The notes under the pieces are model-generated. The model was not told the origin of the DNA and ran no database searches. It saw nothing but the letters and a program-made list of their open reading frames with translations. The position numbers were made by a program, and so were the translations under genes. Shown piece after piece: positions 56,430 through 64,000 of a stretch of 64,000 nucleotides of DNA; the stretch's first letter is position 1; each line of letters opens with the position of its first letter. Location of the stretch: positions 422,778,001-422,842,000 of the forward strand of contig NC_091469.1 in NCBI RefSeq assembly GCF_036971445.1, in the 5' to 3' direction. Source of the stretch: Narcine bancroftii (lineage: Eukaryota).

Positions 56430-56513
56430 GTGGTAACTTTGGCGGTGGACCTGGATTCGGTGGAGGATTTGGAAATCAGGGTGGTGGCTATGATGGAGGT
56501 GGAAATTATGGTG
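56430..56513 (+). CDS. HNRNPA2B1: HNRNPA2B1 exon: Gly-rich low-complexity (probable equivalent of the mammalian alternative exon 9)
   Basis: Boundaries attaag|GT...GTG|gtgagt. 84 nt, GGNFGGGPGFGGGFGNQGGGYDGGGNYG. Confidence 0.9.
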
Positions 56514-58999
56514 GTGAGTACTTTGTTACTGCTATTGAGAAATTTGAGAAAATGTTTTTTGCTATCATACAGTAGTTTCCATGTTAATTACACTGCTTTC
56601 AGCTGTGTAGTATTTTGTACAAAATTGGACTAATGGACAACTTGCTTTTGAACAAATCTTTAATGGCTACTAATTTTTTTTTCCTCTGAAGGTTCTATGA
56701 ATCCAGAGGAGTACAGAAATTGTTGAAAGAAAAGCACAACCCTAGAATAGTTGTTCAGAACTAAACATTTGTTTCAGATTTAGCCTTTTCATCATGTCAA
56801 CTGAATTCAAGTAGTTTGATTTTGAAGAAAATACCTTGAACTGAAAATGAGAACATTTAAATTGATCTGAGAAAATTGAGGAAATCCATTCTGAGTACCA
56901 AGTGTGCTGCTTCAATGTCAAAGCTTCATTATGCTTGTAGAATGCTACCATGCAGCTCCATCGGTGTTTGATCTGGACACTTGGTGCTCTGTAGAATTAG
57001 GGGAATCCACCTGGAATCTTTGTTTCCTCCTCCATGCAGATGATGTGCAGGTTGGTAGGCTAATTGGTCATGGCAAGTTCTACCCACTGTAGGTCAGTGA
57101 CAGAAGAATTGGTGTAAATTGTTTTTTTGATGTCACCAAAAAATAGAGACAGGAGTAGACCACCTGGCCCCTTGAGCTTGTACCACTATTCAGCGTGATC
57201 ATGGCAAATTTGTTCCTTGCTCAATGTTTCTGTGCCTGTTACCTAACATAATTTCATAATCTTAAATTCCCTGATCTTCAAAATAAAATCTTCTTTAAAT
57301 GCCTCCAAGAGGAATTTGCCACCTGAGAGAGTAGAACAGTTTCATTTGTGGAAACATCTTGACATTTGCCCTCTTCCCCTTAGGATCCTAGAAAATAAAA
57401 TAATCCCAAATTCTATTTAAGCCTCAAAGAATATAGTTTAAGTTTTCAACTCCTCATGATGGTGTTAGCAGATGGAATTTAATGTGTGAAGTAGTTTTGA
57501 AAAACCAAATAAGTTGGACGAATACGGTAATGGGTAGAATGCAAAGAAGTTCATTCTTGGTCAAAAAGTGGAACACTCGCCAAAAGGGTGGTGAGGAAGG
57601 TACAGGCATATTTGTCATTGTAGGTCGAGGCAAAGCATATAATGGCTTGGTGTTGCACTAGTTAAACTGATGATGGAATATTGAATGCATTTTTGATCAC
57701 CATGTAACTGATAGGCTGTGATTGTGTTGGAGAAGATGCCAAGGAGATTCGCTGAGATTCTGCCCAAATTAGTATGAATATTAGTTATTGGAAGAGGTTG
57801 GCTAAGTCCAGTTTATTTCTCCTGGAAGAAAGGCTTATTGGTGACCTAGTAGAGCAAAATTATGACACATGGATAAACAGATTGATTTTCCATCTGTTAA
57901 GGATATTCAATTCTGCATGGGTGTAAGATGAGACGGAATTTTGAATGGAACATGAGGTGGAGAGTTTTTAAATAAAATAGATATATGGAACTTTGCCAGA
58001 GGAGGTGATGAAATGTGCTAAGTAGATACTTATAATCCGCTGAAAAGGCAAGATGTAGAAGGGTACAGGCAAAGGGGATTGGTGTAGGTGCATGAAGAGA
58101 GGTGAGCTGCAGAACTCTACCATGAAAGCCCTTGCATCCAAATAATTAGTTTTGTGAATCTCATCTGGACTGTCTACACTGTTGGTACCATGTACCCTTT
58201 CTTGCATAAGGGGAGCAAAACGACCAATGTGGCTTCACCAATATTCTATGCAGTTGGAGCAGTACTTCATTTCTAAATTTAAACACTTTGTACTGAAGAC
58301 TGGTGTGCTAGTTTCCTTGACTATTTGTTTTAACTGAATGTTAAATTTATTTCATAAATAAATAAATTTGGACACATAGGTCCCTCTATACTTGTTTGTG
58401 TTATCTTTTTGTATACTTTGGATTCCTTTTGTTAAAATTAATGATTTTACATTTTTCTTGCATTAAATTCTATTTGCCATACTTTCACCCATTCATTCAA
58501 ACTACATCATGAATCCAAAAATGTTCATTTTATCATTACCTCCTTTTTTTTTTGTCTTCAGAAAAGTTGGGTAATTTGTGTTCTTCTCCCTTCTTTGTCT
58601 CTAATATACATATATAATAAATCGTTGAGAGCCAACAACTAATCCTGACATTCTACAAGTTCTATCCTTCCTGCATGAAAGACATCTGACTTGTTACATC
58701 TTGTCAAAGACCTTTTTGAAATCCAAATATACTTCATCTATATATTCCATTTACTGAGTTTTGTATCTCAAAAAGCACTCTTGCAAATTAGGCAAAAATG
58801 GGTTTCCATTCCTAAAACCGTTTTCATTGTGCTTTTCTCAATTCTTGGATTCTGAAATTTTGGAAAAAGTGGATGTTAAGACAATTGGCTTATAGTTTCT
58901 GCTTGTTTTTCCCTTCCTTGAACAAGGGAATCCAACTTGTAGGTTTTCCTGATCTGATATTTTCTTGACTAAATGGGCAATTTGGGAAGGGCTGATTAT

Positions 59000-60620
59000 A
59001 ATGGTTTTCAGCAAAAACAGATGTTGACTGGGAAATGAATGGCAGAAATATGGAGGATGTTTAGGGATGGGGGTTCTGGACAGATTTGTACCACAGACAG
59101 GGAAAAGGTGATAGGGTAAAGTAACCCTGGTTGACAAGAGAAATGGAAGTTTGTCAAGAGGAAGAAGGAGGTATCCATAAGATTTGTGAAGCAAAAAAAA
59201 AGGCAGTACTTGTGAGAATAATAAGGAAGACAGGAAGGACCTTAAGGGACTTATGAGAGTTAGAAGGGGTAATGAAAAGGGCTTGGCAAGGAGGATTAAG
59301 AAAAACCCAGAGGTGTTCGGCACCTTCATGAAAAACAGAAGCCTTTCAGGGATAAAATGAAAATATGCTTGATGGAGGAGGTAGGGGATGCCCTTGATGA
59401 ATATTATGCTCCCCTATTCATAAGGGAGCGGGGTTTTGAATACAAGGCCATTGTAGATCAGGCAAATGTGCTAGAGCATGTTAAGGTTAAGAAGGAGGTT
59501 GTGTTGCACTTTCTGAAAAATATTCTAATGGATAAGTCACTGGAACTGGATGGTATATACCCCAGGTTACTATGGGAAGTGGGGGAAGAAGTTGCTTCTT
59601 GTCCTCCTTCACCACAGGAGTGGTACCCAAGGATTAGAGGATGGCAAATATAACAAAAAAAATAACAGAATCCTGGGAATTATAAACCAGTGAGTTTTGT
59701 GGCAGTGTTGGACGAACTATTGGAGAGGATTCTTGGGGACAGGAGTTGTGAGCATTTGGAGAAGCATAATCTTATTGGGATGATCAGTTTGCGAGGACTT
59801 TGCTTAGGTTGTGTCTTCAGGTTATTCTTAAGTTTTCAAGGAGGTGGTAAAAGAAAGTGAAGGTGGGGTGTTGAGGTTGACTTTAGTTAGGCTTTTGACA
59901 AGGTTTCCTTCAGTGGTCTCATCAAGAAAGTAAGAAGGATAGGATTCATGGAAACTTGTCTGTGTGGATTCAGATTGACTTGCCCTCAGAAGCCAGAGGG
60001 GGTAGTAGATGGTGCACGTTCTGTTTGGAGGTCAGTGACCAGTGGTGTTCAGCAGGGATCTGTTCTTGGGCCCCTGTTCTTTGTGATTTTTTTATAAATT
60101 GGATGAATAAGTGGAGGAGTGGGTAATTTTGCAGATCTCATGAATGTTGGAGATGCAGATTGTGTAAAAGACATAAGGGTCTTCAGGGTATGGACAAAAT
60201 GCGGAGGTTGGAATTCATTCTGGTAAAGTACAAAGTGATAAACTTTGGAAGATCGAATGTGAAGTCTGAGTGAGCTTGGGCTTGTACACCTTCATTGTCA
60301 CCTCTCATTCTTTGTCACTAGAAGAGTAAAAGATTAAGAGGCAGAAATAATGGACAGCCAGCACCTTTTCCAAGGGCAGGAATGACCAATGCCAACAGAT
60401 GTATCCATTTAAAGTAAATTGAGGAAAGTTTAGGGAGATGGCAAAGAATTATTTTTACTGAGATTGGTGGGATCTTGGAATGCATTGGTGGTGGTAGAGG
60501 CTATTACAAAGAGACATTTAAAAGAATCTTCAATAAGGCATATGGATGGATGTCAGAAAATATGGAGGTTGAGTAGAGTGAAGAATTTAAGTGAAGAACA
60601 TTGTGGTCTGTACTGCTCTA
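59000..60620 (+). mobile_element. Decayed CR1 LINE fragment
   Basis: DKSLELDGIYPRLL, NYKPVS, AFDKV and SGVQQGSVLGP remnants, plus a CR1-like tail. Confidence 0.75.
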
Positions 60621-61421
60621 TGATTTTAGTAACTTCAGGACAAACTTTAACCATTGATGAAGGCCATCTGGCCCTGGTGGCTTTTCCATCTTTGGTCCCA
60701 TTAGGTTTTCCAAAAGCCCATCCTTCATATTGCAGATAATTGTTTCCCCATGGTTTTTGAAGTAAGTCCATTTGTAACCTATGGGATATGTATGGTGTTT
60801 TTCTTGGTGTAAAATATGTGCTATTTTCTTGTTAACTAACTCCCAAGTTTCATAAATCATGTCCTACAGGAGTCTCAGACTTGGATACCCTTTTCTATTT
60901 TATCTATCCATAGTAGATGCTCTTACTTTTTTGATATTACATGCCAATTTTCGTATCATTTTAAAAACCCCTTTTTAGTATTTCACCATCAGATAGCTTG
61001 TGTGCACCAAAAATAGTGAACTGTTTTTTCATGGTTTTTTTTCCACTTTTAATGGGATGGCACTCTTATGTTACCATATTGGGGTGAGGGTAGGTGAAGC
61101 AGTTGAAAATCCAACATATTCTCATGCAATTGATAAGTTTTTTTCCCCTGAGGTTCTGTTAAAGATTTGTAGAGTAACTGTTTCACGTTTGGGATCCAGG
61201 TCATTAGGAAATGACCAACTTAGATTTTGATATTTTTGCTGATAAGTGTATTCATTAATAGTGAATATATTTTTGGAGAATTTGCTGTGTAAAAGAAAAT
61301 ATGGGAACATGTATGGTTGTGATTTTATAAATGACAGTGAAATCCTTTCACAACCACAGCAAAGCACACTAGAGGTAAAGGGGCTTGAATAAAATACATA
61401 TGGTAATTGCACTTTTTTTAA

Positions 61422-61598
<177 letters not shown>

Positions 61599-62629
61599 TA
61601 GAAGTAAATGAAGTTTTTAATCTCTCAACTGGGATGAAAGGTGTTCTTAGAAATTAGAAACCAGTTTTTTTAAATGTTTGGGTAAATTGCTTTGAATAGT
61701 TAGACGGTGAAGGTTTTTTTCTCTTAGAAATGCAACTCAAAGCTGATAAATCACTTGCTAGATACCTATTGAATTGAACATACCATGAATGTTGTTTGAA
61801 GGATTTGTCCAAATTCCACTTGTGGAGTATTCCCTTTTAGTTTGTCTCCATTCAGTTTTACTGCATTGTTAAGCAATAACTTTAAATTTATTAGAGATGC
61901 ATATGTATTTTCATCCTCTTATTCTCACTTTATGGAGCCAATCACTGTTTCTGATTATTTATAGATGGTAGATGCAGAGGGGGCTGGGGGGATTTGGACA
62001 GGTGTGAATTCTTCTCATCATAGTCTCACAAGAATAACTGTACATCTTTTCATCTTGGAAATCTTGTCATCTGCTATGGCAAGTTCAAGACTTAATCTGA
62101 CACAAAGGTGAAAGCTGACTCTAGTCAAAAGTGCTGTCTTTCTGATGAGATGTCATCTGATGCTGTCTGCTGCATTGGGAATTGAGTCATGATTGCATTG
62201 CTGTTTGGGAAACTTGTAGTCCACAAACTGGCTTTTCACTGATTACTTTTCTACTCTGCTTGGTGCTAAAAGGTTCTTTAGGTGTTCTGATTGGGGGAAA
62301 AAAATTCTTTTCTGTCATGCAACTGGCCTAGTAGCATCCTAATTTGGTGAAAATTAATTTTACAAAAATGCATTTTCATATATTAATTATATTTGCTTAT
62401 TCAAAATGAAGCAAATAACTAGTGCATGATCTCCAGCCAGAGTTGATTGGGAATTTTAAATTTAGTCACATCTGTACTAGCTATCTAGTGTTAATGGTTA
62501 AAGTCAAATTATATTAAACATTAATCACCATTATTGAAAAGCCCTGTAGTTCAGTTGTACTGAGCAATCTTCAAGGATGTCTGTTACCAAATCAGAATTT
62601 ACTGAGTAAAAAAAATTACCATACAATTG

Positions 62630-64000
62630 GAATTGTGCGCTCTATATTTCAGCATACAAGTTGAGTCATGAAACCCAAAAATTATCTCCAAAAATGAGGT
62701 TGACTTGAACACATAAAATACTTCTGAGACCTGAAATTCAGCTCAAAATCCAATTCGCCAATCCATCATACAAGTCGACCCATGAAAAGCAGATTAAGCG
62801 TATTTTGAAAAACCCTTAAAAAAAAAAGACTGACAGATTTCCATTGAGATTTTTATTGAAAACAACAACACAATTAGAACCCTTCAAAATCACCCTCGAT
62901 ATCATCTGAAGCAAAGATGGCAGCAGCACATCCACTGTTTAATCAGTCATCATACGAGTCCCAGTTTGTATCTGAGTCAATTTCACCATTGTCAATGTCC
63001 CACAATACATCATCTTCTGTGCCATCAATTGCACAAGAGATACCGCACTTTTTTAAAACGATTTTATCACAGTCTCTTTGTCCTATGCCTTGAGCAAGAA
63101 GTTAAACAGCACATCAAGCAATGCAGCATACATTGCCCTGCCTTTTGTAAACTACTTTTCTGTATTCAATATCCATGTATTCCATTCCTCATGCACATGG
63201 TCTTTGAATGGCTTGTTCAAGCAGACATTGAGGTTGCAATATAGATGTTAAACTGCCATGTAAGTATTATGTAGTGCTAATCTACTTTTAGTCTTCTCAG
63301 TTAAGTGGCCACGGAACATATTTGAGACCAGCAAGCTCTGTCCTTTGCGTAAAACCCCTGGCCACCTGTACCACACACTGTCAATCTGTAGTTTTACACC
63401 ATTGTCATCCATCCATCTTTTTTCATGAAAATGTACAAAAATACCTGCAGGGAATTTCATGTTTAATTTTGCGTTTGAAGATTGCCATGGGTCTTAACTT
63501 CATCCCGTTGATCATGCACGATAGCATGGTAAAACTGGTCTTTGCATGGCCTGTACTTCAGGTTTGTACACTTTTAAACACCTTTCAATTCCACTGTTCA
63601 ATTGTATCATGTCAAAATTCATGGGGATTTTGTCTGTTTCTGATATTTGGCAATACAAACTGGTGTTTCTGCTAGTTAATTGGTGAAAACTTACAGCTTC
63701 ATGATCAAGATTTTTTGGTAGTTTCTGTGCAATTTTGTTTTTTGTCACAATACCAGATTTTTTCTTTTCAAAATTTTTACTGAGGTCTGGGTGCAACTTT
63801 GTCCACTGCAGTGCATATGTTCTTATTTTATTTCAGGTGACTTTGTCGCAGTCTTGGATTTGGTCATGTACCCATTCTGCAATGTTTCCAACTCTGGCCA
63901 ACAATTGATTCCTTTTTTCAATGAACATTGCCTCTTTGGTTTTTTAAAAGTCTATTCTTCTAATTTCATCAACTTCTCGTTTGCATCAAATTTCCTTGCA
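62630..64000 (-). mobile_element. Decayed pogo/Tigger-type DDE transposase element, running off the window
   Basis: FHEKRWMDD...VW...SLLVSNMFRGHL and ISETDKIPMNFDM correspond to the pogo DDE_1 motifs (KGWMD, LLVWD.F..H, N.DETP..FDM). Confidence 0.8.

Noticed and set aside
61965-62010. atag|ATGGTAGATGCAGAGGGGGCTGG as the HNRNPA2B1 last exon
   Set aside because: The translation (DGRCRGGWGDLDRCE) does not resemble the conserved GYGG-SRY-type end; the true exon is probably beyond the window.

Overview
Vertebrate genomic DNA, most likely a cartilaginous fish. That taxon is inferred only from the repeat repertoire (CR1, L1/Tx1-clade, RTE, Penelope) and the protein divergence. The window holds the head-to-head pair CBX3 and HNRNPA2B1. 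CBX3 (HP1-gamma) is on the minus strand: four coding exons across 29684->7337 give a complete 176-aa protein. HNRNPA2B1 is on the plus strand: nine coding exons across 46111->61548 give about 306 codons, and the final coding exon was not found inside the window. They share a short bidirectional promoter at about 45.2-46.1 kb, the orthologous position of the mammalian A2UCOE. I assembled all exons by hand; each has GT-AG boundaries and the reading phases join correctly. Most of the rest is decayed or nested transposable elements (L1, CR1, RTE, Gypsy, Penelope, hAT and pogo/Tigger), and most ORFs in the supplied track are TE fragments or spurious. I see no convincing wholly new multi-gene system. 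The best leads are a candidate poison or alternative terminal exon in HNRNPA2B1, a compact UCOE-like promoter with a perfect heat-shock element, a Phe-shifted prion-like domain, a 58-bp intronic palindrome and two distinct L1 5'-promoter types.
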